Source: Carcharhinus amblyrhynchos
Lineage: Eukaryota
NCBI GenBank assembly: GCA_965287045.1
Contig: OZ336874.1
Span: 63,302,001-63,366,000 of the forward strand
Direction: 5' to 3'
DNA: 64,000 nt
Shown: positions 33,109-46,454 of the stretch, one piece after another
Layout of the letters: every line of letters starts with the position of its first letter
Position numbering within the stretch: the stretch's first letter is position 1
Notes under the pieces: generated by a model
Told to the model about the DNA's origin: nothing
Databases searched by the model: none
What the model saw: only the letters and a program-made list of their open reading frames with translations
Program-made: the position numbers and the translations under genes

Positions 33109-36100
33109 GTGGAGTTTAATAAACATTACTATATTTCAATTCTATTTATATATGACTTTCTGATGAATTGCAACTAACACATCACATTTGCCATAAAATC
33201 GATGACGCAAAGCAAAAGGAACAGATAAATTGACTTTTGTTTCCAGTACCCTGAAAGGTTTCTATTTACAGTTACAATTTTCAATAGCTGTAATTTAGTC
33301 AGTATTGTCATCTACAATGAAGCCGGTGTTATCAAAGAAAATGCCGATCAAACAGCATACCTACACCTCACTGAGTCACAGCTACTAGAGAAATCAAGAC
33401 ATTTCAATTTCCTGTATCTCAGTGAATGACATTGAGACTGTAGTTTGTTGATAAAATGTATGGTTTCTCGGGTTTCTCTTCCGAGGGACTTTTTATTACC
33501 ATAATTTACAACTGCCTCCTGAATATCAATGTTTGACTTAACTGATACACCGTCTGATTGATAATTAAACCGTTTAGAAGGAAGCAAATAGGCTGGGACT
33601 CATGTGCACTACCCTGCTGAGAGTTATTTGATGATTCAATTGCTGTGACAGGAACATGGTCATCACATTATTTGCACATCTGCAGAGATCTTGCTTCCTA
33701 AATGCAGTCAGTAAACTGGAAAATAAAATAAAAATTAGCCTTTGTCAGATCAGTAAATCCAGCACAGTTAAAGAATGCTCAGGCCAAACTTGTAGCATCC
33801 AGTGCAGTGAGTGCATAAAATAGCAAATCATATATGCACCATAATTTAAATAGCTTGCACGCATGTAAATACTGGAAAACACACAGATATTGTATATACA
33901 TGTTTATAATATGATAAAATTTTTCCTTTTTGTGAGAGATAATATCTGGTGTACTTTACAACAGGGGAGGTATTTATTAACAATTACATTTAAACAGGGT
34001 AGTCTTAAGTTAAAGTTCCTTGTATTGGTTCTGTAAAATGCTGGAATCTATGAATGCATAAATAAGTGAATAAAGATGGTGCCTAAAAATCCTGCTGTCA
34101 TCGGCAGCGTTTTAAATGTCACTGAATTTGCATAGTTAACAACCAAGTTACATTCAGGAATGTTCTGTATGGTGTGGAGGCAAACACTTTAGTAGTTACA
34201 TTTCTTCACAGGGGAAGTCGAAACAAATAAGACATACAAAAGATTGTCAGTTTTGCCGTTAAGAAGCAACAGTAATTTCACAACATGTTTACATCTACAC
34301 AAGGATACTTTATTTTGAAAGAACTGTTAAATTGGAAGCTTTAGGTTTTTCTACTGTGTACCCCAGTCTAGGCGTATGCAATCAAGTCAATTGTAAATAG
34401 AGATGTATCAGATTAGTCAGAAGCAAGAAGAAGTATCTGAGGTTAGCAGCTGTAATTTCAGTAAAGTGCTGCTGACTAATCTATCACGTGGATCACTCTT
34501 TAGGCGAATCAATAATTTAAGGAAACAGCTCCAGCTTTATGGCATAGACAATTTCCTAAGTGTGAATAACAACTGATTTTAAGTACCCGAACCTTCCTTG
34601 TGAAATGTCATTGTTACAATAGTGAGAGAAGATGCCGTGCTAAGAAAACGTATGCTTAACTGACTCAACACTGATGTCTCTTCTCAGCTGAACTTCAACC
34701 TAAGTAAGACATTAAAATGTGGCACTGATGTATGAGAAACCCTTGAAGGGACTGCACTGAATGCACTACAAATTATTCACTGGGGTCATTGACATTTAGT
34801 TATTATTTATTTTGTTCTTTTGTACGACTTAATTTACACTTCATAATTATTGTTAGTGGATGCATGTGAACAGCCTCCTGACGACTTACTGATCTGGTCT
34901 CCTTCTTTCCTTGGGGGGGGATTTACACTCTCCTGACTTGGTAGCCTTCTCCAGAGGCCTGGCAGAATTTGGGAAACAGCACTATGAAGGACCACAGATG
35001 ATAGCACAACTCAGAGGTGGGCCAGGATAATGTAGCATTGGCATTCCCTTTCGTTCTCAATCTCCTGGATGCCACATGAATAGTGCTGACATTAATGTGT
35101 TTTACCCTAGCACTCAATATGCAATCAGTGCAGGAATGCTACTGCATTACGTTCGACTGGGAATCAGGAATGGGGTGATGTCACGGAATTGTTTGCCATC
35201 TTTATGATTAAGAAGACTGGAGAAATCATTTGGACAAAAACATACTGGCAATTAGACTTTGATGGTGATGCAGCTGCAGCTTTTTCAATATATGAAAAGC
35301 ATTACTTAAAGCATGATATATTCTGGAATTTTCTACAAGAGTGTCAAGCATTTAAGGGCTGAAAATACTCAACAAACATGAATATAAGCTTAAAGGTTTA
35401 ACCAACATAATCTTAAACTTGGGCTGTATTATTGCCACAACACGTGGTCCAGAGGTTGCAATTCATTAAAATATACACAAATATTAAAAAAACTATGATC
35501 AGATTATTGCTTCAATCTTTGTTTTCCATTGTTATTGGGAACAATAATGATCGATGATGGCTAACGCTTGTGTATTACATAGTTAGGGCGGTGCAATGTT
35601 ATTAGTGTGGTTAAGCCAGAGGTGATACTGGAACTTATTCGATTGAATGGTACTGATACATACATATTAATAATAAAGTCCAATAAGCTGATTTTCTTTC
35701 TAAGGTGAATTGTGCTTATTACAGCAATTTGAAATAATTTATTATCATTTCATTAAAAATATATATACCACATAGTTAAGTATATTAATTGTTACTTAAC
35801 ATTATTCTATTTTAGATCATCACCAATAAATTTTCAGTGAATATTTTTAATTGTGAATTATTAATAGGGCTGCTTTGTTCTCCTAAGCCACATTTCTTCA
35901 CACAGAAATCTTGACATTCCACAAAGTCAGGAAGGTTCTATGATAAATGCTATAGAAAATTTTAGGAGATTTTGATGAAATTCGCTCGAGGTTTTTCCTT
36001 CAAGAAACTTGAGGGATTCTGTGCAAACAGTGATGTCCTTGAAAAACATACAGAACTATAATCAATAACATGGAGCACACTCACTGCCAACAGCCAGGAT

Positions 36101-36459
36101 GATACTTGCTGCGAACAGAAAAATAGTTCCAGGAGACAAGAGAGAGAACCTAACAAGGTTTCTAACACCACTTGTAAAAATAATAGATATCAAAATATGA
36201 TCACAAGCATACCTTAGGAGTTAGGCTATAAATTGTTAAAGATTTGCCAAATCATTTACGTTTCATCAATTTTTTTTATAGTGTGGCATCTGTGTTTCAA
36301 AATGAGCACTTTGATTCTTGAATAAGTTAATTTGCCATATTAAACAACATATAAAGGTAACAATCATTTTCCTAAGTGATTATAGTCTATGTTATTTACT
36401 GCCTTAGAAAGAAAACTTTGTTTTATTTTCATCTAATTTCCTCTTGTTCCTTGTAGAAT

Positions 36460-36830
36460 TCAGTGACCTATCCTGGGGTTGAAGGCAAAGGGGTAGGGTT
36501 GATGTGTAGGATGGTGGTTCTGAGGTGGAGATGGCCCCACCTCAGCCAAACTCTTTATGCGGGAGGCCAGTTCGTAAATATTACAGGCTCTTTGGCCGTA
36601 GGACCAGACGACTGAGCCCAACGTTCACTTGCAATGGGGCTCACATGGCAGTGAATAGGACTTAGAAGTGATTCCAGTTATTTCTCCTTCACATCTGAGA
36701 GCATTAATACCAGTTAAGAAGCCCCTACCATCCTATCTCACGTCAGCTGATTTAGCAAAGACTTGGCATTAATCTTAGGCCTTGCAATTTTGTTTGGAGG
36801 AATATAATGGAGAGTGTTCAAATGGCTGTG
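36460..36830. mobile_element. Possible ancient LF-SINE-like element, halves apparently in opposite orientation
   Basis: Minus 36660-36830 reads ...GTCTTTGCTAAATCAGCTGACGTGAGATAGGATGGTAGGGG...; plus 36460-36660 reads TTCAGTGACC...GGGGCTCACATGGCAGTGAATAGG. Family assignment is from recalled motifs only. Confidence 0.3.
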
Positions 36831-37014
36831 CTGAGTTTTCCCCATGTGTGAGTCAAATCATGCCCCTGTTCCCTCCTGGCAAAAACAGGACCTCCCCCTC
36901 CCAGTTTGTTAGCTGATACATTATTCATATTGTCCCAAACACCTTGAGGTCTTATTTTGTGCAATATCTCTGTAGCTCCTTATCAAATGCCTTCTGGAAA
37001 ACTAACTACATAAT

Positions 37015-38270
37015 GGGCAGAATTCTCAATTTTTGAGACTAAGTACAATGGCGCACAGTTCTTTCCCATTGGCCAGAATAGTAGGATCCTGCACCAAATT
37101 ATTGAAATCTAATTAATTAGGCACAGTTGGGTTCCCCTCCGAATCACATTGCAGGCTGGCAACTGATTAATCTGTCTGCCGTCAGCTTGCAGGCTCAAAG
37201 ATCCCAGTGCTATATTTGAATGCCAGTCTAGTAGACTCAAATCACTCTGTCCAGCCCACTTGTCTTCACCAGATCACATCAGCAATCCAAAGGGAAATGG
37301 TTAGCAGCTTCAAGAGAAAGTCTGTTCCTTGATACAACCACATTCCCTTGAGCCCTTCTTCATGAGGCATCTATGCCCCACATGTATCTCTACTGACTGC
37401 ATCGAGTTTCTTTGCGCATCTCGTTCCAGTAAACAATGTCCCTTTGAGCCCCATGTTTGCGAGCTTTTCATGTAGGCTTTTTGGGGTCTAACTTCTCTCC
37501 CTCTTCTTCTAGCACTTGTTTTTTTTTCATCCACATCCTTGGCCCTCTGCCTGCCATCATGAGCCCACGTTTCCCCCTCCAACCTCCCACCTTGCACAGC
37601 CATCCTTCCACATTGGCCCCCTTGCTTTCATCGTGGCCACCCCCATTCCCTCCCCGCCACCTCATCCCTGGCCTCACCTTGTGCTCCATGCCCAGTCAAA
37701 CCTCAGATCTTTGTTGCAGTGGCTTCATGAATTCCACAGCACAATGCTTTTGGGATAGTTGCTGGTGTGAAGCATCAGAGAAAGGAGACCGCAGGCACAC
37801 TGCTGACCTGGCTTGGTGATGCCTGAGGGTCTATGGGTTCAGCAGCACGATGCTTTCCATGAAGACCAACTCGGCATGGATATAGAGAGCAGGAACCAAT
37901 CTGTCCCAGGCATACAGTACAGCACAATGGCAGAAAAACTTTCCTGCACTTATTCCAAAGTCTCTGGCAAACTGAGGACCACTTTGTGCAATACATACTT
38001 TATCCATCAGGTTTTAGAGCAAAGTAATTTCACTTTGGCATGACGCAACGTCTTGACAAGATGCCAGTGGGCAGCTGTTTCAATGAGCACTCATGACATA
38101 CAAGTAAATGCAAATGACATTTGCATAACTACCAGGAAGAGCGACTCGCCATTAACCCACCATTGGGAGCATGATTTTCACTGGCATGTTTCCGGTTTCT
38201 CGGCTCCTGCTAGATTCTCCACCTCTGCCCACCAGCAAACCTGCTGTGGGTTGGATGGGAGAATTTCATT
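37015..38270. mobile_element. Non-autonomous Harbinger-type element with Myb-gene-like remnants
   Basis: Left terminus GGGCAGAATTCTC; right end GATGGGAGAATTTC; C-rich interior like the other Harbinger relics. Confidence 0.55.
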
Positions 38271-38375
38271 CTCCACCTACAGGATCTCCTTTATCCATCC
38301 TACTTGCTATAGCCTCAAAGCAGTCTGATGAATTTGTCAACCAGAATTTATTACCAAGGTGAACAGTCAAAGTGG

Positions 38376-38940
38376 ATAAAGACTAATTACTGCAGATGCT
38401 GGAATCTGAAACCAAAAGAGAAAATGCTGGAAAACCTCAGCAGATCTGACAGCATCTGTAAAGAGAGAAAAGAGCCAGATGACTCTTTGTCAAAGCTAAA
38501 AGGCATAGAAAGTGGAAGATATTTATACTGTAGGGTGAGGGAATCAAAGATGAGTCATAGCCACAAAATCAAGGGAAAGGCTGCTAAAAGCAATCCATAG
38601 AGAGAATAAAAGTTGTTTTTGGCTAAACAGCAGAGAATCTGAAATCAGAGGGTAAATTGTGACAGATGAAGATATAGTTCTCTACCTTTTAATTCTTTAT
38701 TGTCTTTCTTTATTTTTCTTCCCCTCATACATCCTCCTATTTTATTCCCCCCTTTCTTTACCTGTTCCCCCCTTTTGTCCTGCTTTTCTCAATTTTACTT
38801 CTCTCCCACCCATCCCCTCTCACCCCAGCATCTTCATCTCCCACTTTCTATGCCTTTTAGCTTTGACAAAGGGTTATTTGGACTCAAAGCATCAGCTCTT
38901 TTCTCTCCTTACAGATGCTGCCAGACCTGTTGAGATTTTC
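38376..38940. mobile_element. Penelope-like element: two terminal-repeat copies in inverted orientation
   Basis: 38430-38520 (GAAAACCTCAGCAGATCTGACAGCATCTGTAAAGAGAGAAAAGAGC...TTTGTCAAAGCTAAAAGGCATAGAAAGTGG) is the reverse complement of 38836-38940. Confidence 0.8.
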
Positions 38941-40499
38941 TTTTTGGGGATGGGTCAAAGAGTATGGTACAGGGAACAGGTTTATGTCCCACAAACAATA
39001 AAAGAGATAAGGTAAATGTGGAAGTAGTGATTAGGAAGCACTGAGCTTGGATTTCAAAGTTCTGAAGTGTTTAAGATGAAGGAAAGACAGAAGATGGAAA
39101 GTTGGCAAGGTAAATCCTAATTCTGGAATTGAATGATGAGTTTTGAGACGAGAGCAATGATCATAGCATTCTCAATGAAATAGAGAAACAGGCAAGGAAA
39201 GTTATAATGCGCAGAGAGGCTGTTTGCAGGATAGATGTGAGAGAGAAATCATTTATTACTGAATGATATTGAAATCACCCCAGAGGGAACTGGTTTATGA
39301 ACATTTAACATGTTTCAATAGTTCTGCCTCATTGTTCTGCTTTGCCTTAAACTTTGGCCCCAGGCAGCACTGTTAGACAAATTAAATACACCAAATGGGA
39401 TGGAGCGGGGTTGTGGCAGGGAGTGGGTATGTGGTTAGGGACAAAAAAAAAATGCCATTATATGTGTGTCCTACAAAAGTATATTTGCATCATGAGTTTA
39501 TAACAAATGCATTTTCGAAGATATAAATAAATTAGAATTCATTATGCCCACATTCGTTAACTCATGCATGAAATCAAAGTTCTTTCAAATGATATTCTGA
39601 AGTGTAATACTTTTCTATATTTTATGTGTGAGCGATACTTGAATAATGATTACTTTCCCCATTAAAAATATTACAGAAAATGCCAAGCACTGTGCTATCA
39701 TCGCAAAAGTTTAATTCACTGGAGGCTGCATATACCATAAACAGAACCGCAGCACCTGAAGTACAGACCGCATATCATTTTCTTTCCTCCAGATTTCTGT
39801 TTATTTGCTCAACAGGAAAGGGAAATTTCCAGCTCCAAGAGTGGGAATTTTGCCATTTTTCAAAGCAGTATAATCCTAGTCAATAATGAGGCAAGCAGAG
39901 TTCAGTTATGTCCTGGCTAGACTGAACTGAAGACATTTTGATTAGCTTAGATTTATGATCATGGAACAGTGCTCCTGCTTCAACTATTTTTTGCCATTTT
40001 TAGTCTAATTGTAGCCTACAATACTTGTTCAGTGCCAAACTGGCTGTTGCAGATATATGGCTCGTTACTGCGCTGAACAGTTCTCTTTGCTGCAAATCCA
40101 CATATTGGCATAACTTAATTTTTGGGTAGATAAATCACAGGTCGAAATAATAGACTTATGAAATTCTGGAGATGATCACTTGAGTTGTGGTGCACTAAAC
40201 TCTTTGGATAATTTATGCAATAACAGTCCACAGATAACATTCAGGTGTTAGTGATATATTTTCTGCAAGGATAAACTGTTGCCAAGCAGCTCAAAGTCTC
40301 AGCAATCTCAATTTATCATCTTAACAATCCAATAGTCGGAGGCTCTGCTGGACAGCTGATCCAGTGATAATTCCACTCATCACTACTGACTTTTTGAGAG
40401 AGGTGACTGCCAAGTTAAGGGAAGTGCGCAACACATTCTAGTGTCTACCTTTCAACATATATGGCAGGTGGAATATTTAGCAGGCCAGATGTGAACATT

Positions 40500-40648
40500 G
40501 CACAATTAGTAGCAGGACGAAGAGTTGTGAGGAACAGACAGGAAGTGGAGTTGCAGCCAAGGAAAGATCAGCCATGATCATGTTAAATGGTGGAGCAGAC
40601 TCGAGGGGCTGAATTGCATAGCCTGCTCGTAGTTCTTATGAGCTTATG
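40500..40648 (+). mobile_element. CR1 3' UTR/tail
   Basis: GATCAGCCATGATCATGTTAAATGGTGGAGCAGACTCGAGGGGCTGAATTGC...TTCTTATG. Confidence 0.8.
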
Positions 40649-40704
40649 GTTTACTCCTACATTCCAAAGATGTATAGGTTAGGTGAATTTACCATGCTAT
40701 ACAC

Positions 40705-40975
40705 ATCTTCATTAATGTCCTTATGATGGAAGAAAGGTTCTTAATGAAGCAGTTAGGCCTAGGACACCACCCTAAGGAAGTCCTGCAGTGATGCCCTGTG
40801 ACTGAGATGTTTGACCTCCAACAACCACAACCATCTTCCTTTGTCCTTGGCATGATTCCAAGCAAAGGAGAGCTTTCTGCCTGATTCTCGTTAACTTCAG
40901 TTTTGCTAAGGCTTCTTCATGCCACATTGAATCAAATATTGCCTTGATGTCAAGGTCAGTCACCCTCACCTTTTG
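40705..40975 (-). mobile_element. CR1-clade LINE RT fragment
   Basis: ORF 40772..40981: VRVTDLDIKAIFDSMWHEEALAKLK...RKMVVVVGGQTS...ITAGLP. Confidence 0.85.
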
Positions 40976-40979
40976 AGCC

Positions 40980-41195
40980 ATAGAAGCAAAGAATTCCTAC
41001 AGTGCCGAAGGAGGCCAATTCGGCCCATTGATTCTGCACCAATCCTCTGAAAGATCATTCTACCCAAGCCCTACTTCCTTGTCCTATCCCCATAATCTCA
41101 CTTATTTACCTATCATCTTTGGGCGCTAAGGAGCAATTTAGCATGGTGAATTCATCTAACCTTTCTATCTTTGGAATGTGGGAGTAAACCAGAGA
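40980..41195 (-). mobile_element. HE1-type SINE 3' half
   Basis: ATTCCTACAGTGCCGAAGGAGGCCAATTCGGCCCATTG...GCAATTTAGCATGG...GTGGGAGTAAACC. Confidence 0.85.
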
Positions 41196-41297
41196 AGATC
41201 ACCTAATTCTGCAATGCAGATTATCGGCCCACAGACTGAGCAGCACAAATTAAATGAATATGCATGACTATTCTGAACCTGAATTCTTCATCATCAA

Positions 41298-41532
41298 GGG
41301 TCAGCATGGTGGCACACTGGTTAGCACTGCTGCCTCACAGCGCCAGAGATCTGGGTTCAAATGTTCTCTCCATGTCTGCGTGGATTTCCTCCCACTGTCC
41401 AAAGATGTGCAAATTAGGTGAATTGGCCATTTAGTGGGCTAAATATGTGAGGTTACAGGGTAGGAATAGGTAAGAGTTGGTGCAGACTCAATGGGCCAGG
41501 TAGACTTCTTCTGTACTGTAGGGATTCTGTGA
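41298..41532 (+). mobile_element. HE1-type SINE, internally deleted
   Basis: CAGCATGGTGGCACACTGGTTAGCACTGCTGCCTCACAGCGCCAG head; GCAGACTCAATGGGCC...GGGATTCT tail. Confidence 0.88.
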
Positions 41533-42449
41533 ATATAATGAGGAATAATTAAGAATTGCTATTGGCAGACAAGTGTGGACAATCCTCCACAATCATTAAT
41601 CATTGATGTTCACAGGTGTATGAAGTGCACGCTTGAAAATAGAGGGAGGTGGAAGATGCTCATGATCGGCATGTGAGTAACTAATTACCCAATCTGAACT
41701 TGGACAGACTGTGTTACACAATGAGAGATAGATGATGGCCATTCATACCTATTTGTGATTAACTAATTTCTATAGTTTTCCTTTGTTGGATATCGAGCTT
41801 GGATACAATGGGCTTAGAAGTCCATAAATTTTGAGTTTTGGGTAAATCACAAAGAATAGTAGGTATCAACCTATGGGTGGCTTTTCTTTTTGTAAATCCA
41901 TTCAATGCCATCCATATTTGAAGTTGTGAACAGCACAAGCCTTTATTGGACATAACAAAATATTCAGCCACCTACAAAATTTATGAGAATTTAAGACCCT
42001 TCAGAATAAAGTTGGTGTAAAATATTTGGCCACGTTCTCCACATGGAGAGTCAATGCAAGCCTAAATAGATTTGCTAAGCCACTCATCATTGATTTAGCC
42101 CATTTTGAGAATCAGAGTATGGCAGATGATTTAAGGGATATTTCATATATTATGACTGAGTTTGCAGTGCTGCAATGTGTACAATGAAATTCAAAGCGTT
42201 AAATGTCTAATGGATAATTGAGAACAGATTGCATAGGATCTGAAATAGTAAAAAGATGGGACTCTGGTTAAAATTTAACAAGTTCTAGGAATTGAGGTAG
42301 ACAGCAGGAAAAAATCTTGATATTTAAAACAAAAATGCAACAAGAATCAAGACATTATAAATCAGTTAGGTTCCTTGATTGGAAAGGTCTTTAGTGTACT
42401 ATTCAGTTGTTTGATGTTTGATAGTGTGTGTCTGTATTTCTGTTTTCAT

Positions 42450-43000
42450 CTATGGGATGTTGGTATCAGTAGCTAGGCCAGTATTGCCTTTGAGACAGTG
42501 GTGGTGAGCTGCCTTGAACTGCTGCAGTCCATGCGGTTTAGGTACACCCACAATGCTGCTAGGTAGGGAGTTCCAGGCTTTTGATCCAATGACAGCAAAG
42601 GAATGCTGGTAATGGTACGTGACTTGAAGGGGAGCTTCCAGGTGGTGGTGTTTCAATGTATCTGCTGCCCTTGTCCTTCTAATTGGTAGTGGTCGTGGGC
42701 TTGGAAGGGGTTGTCAAAGGAGACTTGGTGAGTTCCTGCAGTGCATCTTATAGATGGTACACATAGCTGTTACTGTGCATTGGTGGTGGAGGGAGTGAAT
42801 GTTTGTGGATGGGGTGCCACTCAACTGGACTTCTTTGTCCTAGATGGTGCTAAGCTTCTTGAGTACTGTTGGGGCTGCACTTTTCCAGCAAGTGGAGGGC
42901 ATTCTATTACACTCCTGACTTGTACCTTGTAAATGGTGTACAGGCTTTGGAGAATCAGGAGGTGAGTTACTCAGCACAGGATTCCTAGCCTTTGACCATT
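42450..43000 (-). mobile_element. CR1-clade LINE 3' end (tail type shared with the 51097 SINE)
   Basis: Minus translation SFAVIGSKAWNSLPSSIVGVP.PHGLQQFKAAHHH and YKVQVRSVIECPPLA. Confidence 0.85.
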
Positions 43001-43419
43001 CTTCACCAGAAAATCCATTCATGCTGTGGGATCAATTGACATTATGGTTCAAGATCTACTTGTTCACTGTTGAGATGGACTTTCTGCATGTAGTAGTGAC
43101 CCTCATGAAAGCAACACTCAACAAGTCATGGAGCAAAAGGCCAGTGTGTATTTGATCAGCTTATAGAAGACCTTTGGTATGCTGATACATTCTCTCAAAA
43201 ATTATTTCAGGCTAAAGAAAAGTATGATGGTCAAACGATACATATTCTGCCAGAGATATCAGAGAGACCATCGCTCTCTGATATCCTCAAAATTGCATAG
43301 ATTCCCATCAATACCCGTCAGCATGAGAAGAGAAGTCTCATTCATGCTTAAATTGCAATCATTTTGCAAAAGTATCCATGTCATTCAAGAAGAGGTCTTT
43401 GACACGTGTGGGAATGTGG

Positions 43420-43530
43420 GAAAACAGAAAATGCTGGATAATGCTGTCTGGCAACATCTGTGGACAGAGAAACAGAGTTAATGTTTCAAGTCAGCATGAG
43501 TCTTCTACAGAATTGAGGAGGGATAGAAAT
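43420..43530 (-). mobile_element. Penelope-like terminal repeat with decayed hammerhead motif
   Basis: Minus 43476-43514: AATT-CTGTAGA-AGACTCA-TGC-TGACTT-GAAA-CATT-AACT. Confidence 0.72.
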
Positions 43531-43534
43531 ATCG

Positions 43535-44272
43535 GGTAGAATTTTCCCTAACAATTTCAGCAAGGAAACAGCCGACTCTTCTGCTCCTGTCCCTGATGGA
43601 CACTCAAGCAGTTCCAGCTGTGGGGGCCATGTAGGCCCACAGTGATAGACAGCCTTGGATGGCATCCACTGTACCCATCAGAACCTAGAACCAGCAACAC
43701 CCAACACCACTCCTACCCCCACCCCTAGGGCATAAGGCTGCATAGCCCCTAATCCTCAGTCAGACTTAGCCCCTGCTGCCAGTGTACAGTCAGAGAACAG
43801 GTAGAAGTCAGACTTTTATTGCATGAGGGCAGCATCACAGTGTGCTACATAGCAGGTGATTATCACCCTCCTGTCTAGACCAGAAACTTGCTAATGCAGC
43901 CAACCCAGACTCATCACCCTGGTGTGATGTCAATGGGACCCATGGTGGGGAGTGTGTTGAAGAAGTGAGGGATAAGGGCAAGTGGGTGGTTGGAGGTAGT
44001 GTATTCCATGCCCTCCAATCAGACAGCCTTGGGACGATGAGGGCCTCCCTTGCCATCCTGCCCTGCTGGACCCTTGCAGCCATCTCGCCTCCATCCTCTG
44101 GCTTGTCCTTGGCCTCGTCCTCCCTATCCTCCTGGGCATCCTCCTCCTCAAAAACATTCGGCCACTCCTCCTCCTCCCCCTCCTCCTCCTTCAGGATATC
44201 TCCTGCTGCTGCATCAGGTTGTGGAGCACTCACCAGACCAGCAACAATAAGAGGTCAGGATGGAAGGGAAAA
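43535..44272 (-). mobile_element. Harbinger element fragment with the acidic transposase C-terminus
   Basis: Minus ...VLHNLMQQQ then DILKEEEGEEEE...AARVQQGRMAREALIV; terminal motifs GGGTAGAATTTTCCC and GGGAAAATTC. Confidence 0.65.
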
Positions 44273-44329
44273 TTCACAGTCTAAAGTTGTTGGACTCAAT
44301 GTTGATTTCAGAAGGCTGTAATCTAACTC

Positions 44330-46280
44330 ATTGAAAGATCACCCATCATAAAGCATCAGGTAAGTTTAAGGATTGTAGAATTAAAATCACCGCAGCGTCG
44401 CTCATCATTGATGTTGGTGTGAAAGTATCGACACTGAGAACAAACTCCACCATCTGTTCATTTCACAACTTTCTTTCACTCTTGTGATGATGTTTTTCAA
44501 ACTTACATTGACTCTATTATTCTGGTTTTGGGAATGATTACAGTTTGAGTATGCTATCGAAAGGTAACCCTCAACAGGTTCTCATTCTATTTAGCTGAAT
44601 GCAGAAATCTTATTGGGGTAAAGCTTGGCTTCAAACTTGCTGACTTCACTGGAACACAGAATAATGTGATTGATGACACAGACTACGTAAAATGGTATCC
44701 TTCCTTCCTTCATTAGGAGATCAAGGGATACTGTCATTACTCCTCGTGTTGACACCACAATTCTGCCTGTCACAACAATTTGAGAAGGTTGCCATTTGCA
44801 CTTGATACTGAAGTGACACAGGAGATGAGATGACTAGAAGCAGACAGGATCACTGAATGAATTGATTCATCACCCTGGATATCGAACATAGTCATTGTGA
44901 ACTTAGACTATGCATTGACCTTACAACAATCAACAAAGCAATCATTCCAGATAAATATCCACTTCCAGCAATCCAGAATCAGAATCACAGAACCCTACAG
45001 TGCAGAAAGAGGCCCTTTGGCCCATCGATTCCGCACCGAACACAATCCCACCCAGGCCCTACCCCCGTATCCTTACATATTATACCCAATAATCCGTCTA
45101 ACCTACACATCCCTGGACACTAAGGGGCAATTTCTTAGCATGGCCAATCAACCTAACCCGCACATCTTTGTTCTGTGGGAGGAAACCCACACAGACATGA
45201 GGAGTATGTGCAAACTCCACACAGACAATGACCTGAGCTGGGAATCGAACCCAGGTCCCTGGAGCTGTGAAGCAGCACTGCTAACCATTGTACTATTGCG
45301 CCGCCCAGTAATCCAAGAACTAACAGCATCATTTCATAATTCTACAGTCTTCATAAAGCTCCACAAACATCCAAACTATCTTCAGATACTACAAGCAGAG
45401 TCAAAGTTAGTTCTAACAGCTTTTGTCACTCATAAAGTGTATCCAAAGAATGCACCCCCTTCCGCCCCATGGACTAAGCTCAGCACCAAGCACAACATTC
45501 CAGAAATCAGTTTCTTCAATCTTGTCAGATGCTCAGGTGACTGTCAAACTACTTGATGTTATTTCTGTGGAAGGGACAAAGCAGAACGCGATCAGTGATA
45601 CTCACCCAACTCACACAGCACAATTCAGCAAGAACAAATGCAATTCACAAAATTTGAGTTTGACTTTCCAGGCAGCAACTGGAGAAAAGCCTATACACAA
45701 CATCAAAGTCATTCATGCACTTCTGACTGTTTAATGTGAAAGAGTTGCCAACATCGCTCAGTGCTGCCAACTTTTATCCCAGATACATTCCTAAATTCAT
45801 AGAGATTGAGGAGACTCTTCAAAAGCAACTGTGCAAAGGTGAGTAATGGAAATGGGCAATCCCATAGTGTACAGGGTTTGATCTGAGTGCCTTCTGGAAA
45901 TATGTAGAGTAAGCAGATTGTGGAGTTAATGTACAATCATGATTTGATGCAAGTGCTCTGTTTTGAAACTAAATTTTCTATTCAATGCCATCTCTTAATC
46001 TTGTACAACTAGACACACATTCAGCAGCAGGAATGACTCTCTCACTCCCATTAGGATATATAAAATGATCATCCACTTCTTTCAGGTTGCTTTGCTGATT
46101 GGATGTTGCTGTGATTATAGAAGAGTTTGATGGTTTCCAGAGTGATTTAAAGCTGCTAAGGTTTACAGGGAGTGGCATGGCATGTGCTGCAGGAGTTTGT
46201 CCTGACTTCAAGGATTCTGCACAAACTATATGTTTTCAGACATGTGTGCAGTTGTTTTGCATCTTCCTTGGAATGTAACA
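44330..46280 (-). mobile_element. Very degraded LTR-retrotransposon-like remnant
   Basis: Weak RT-like (EAKLYPNKISAF) and gag-like (LKEVDDHFIYPNGSER) peptides on -; heavily broken. Confidence 0.3.
44975..45306 (-). mobile_element. HE1-type SINE
   Basis: AGAATCAGAATCACAGAACCCTACAGTGCAGAAAGAGGCC...GGGAATCGAACCC...GCTAACCATTGTACTATTGCGCCGCCC. Confidence 0.92.
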
Positions 46281-46454
46281 TGCCTGAGAGAATGAGCAGA
46301 TGTGACACACAACTGGAGTAGCTGCTGGAAGATGGAGGAGGAGGAGAGGGAGAGAGGTCCTCAACACCAGACATAGGGTTCACAGGAGGCAATTCTCTTA
46401 TCGAAACCTCAGGAAAGTCAAAATTTTTCTGTTTACCTAAGGAGGTCTTTTTGA

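Noticed and set aside
39819-39853. GGGAAATTTCC and GGGAATTTTG NF-kB-like pair
   Set aside because: Short motifs with no supporting context; expected by chance in 64 kb.
43835-44233. Acidic 132-aa ORF as a possible host gene
   Set aside because: It is explained as the frameshifted acidic C-terminus of a Harbinger transposase (LHNL...AREALI).
44897-45556. Longest ORF in the track (219 aa)
   Set aside because: It runs antisense through an HE1 SINE (44975-45306) and decayed retroelement sequence; no protein-family motif.
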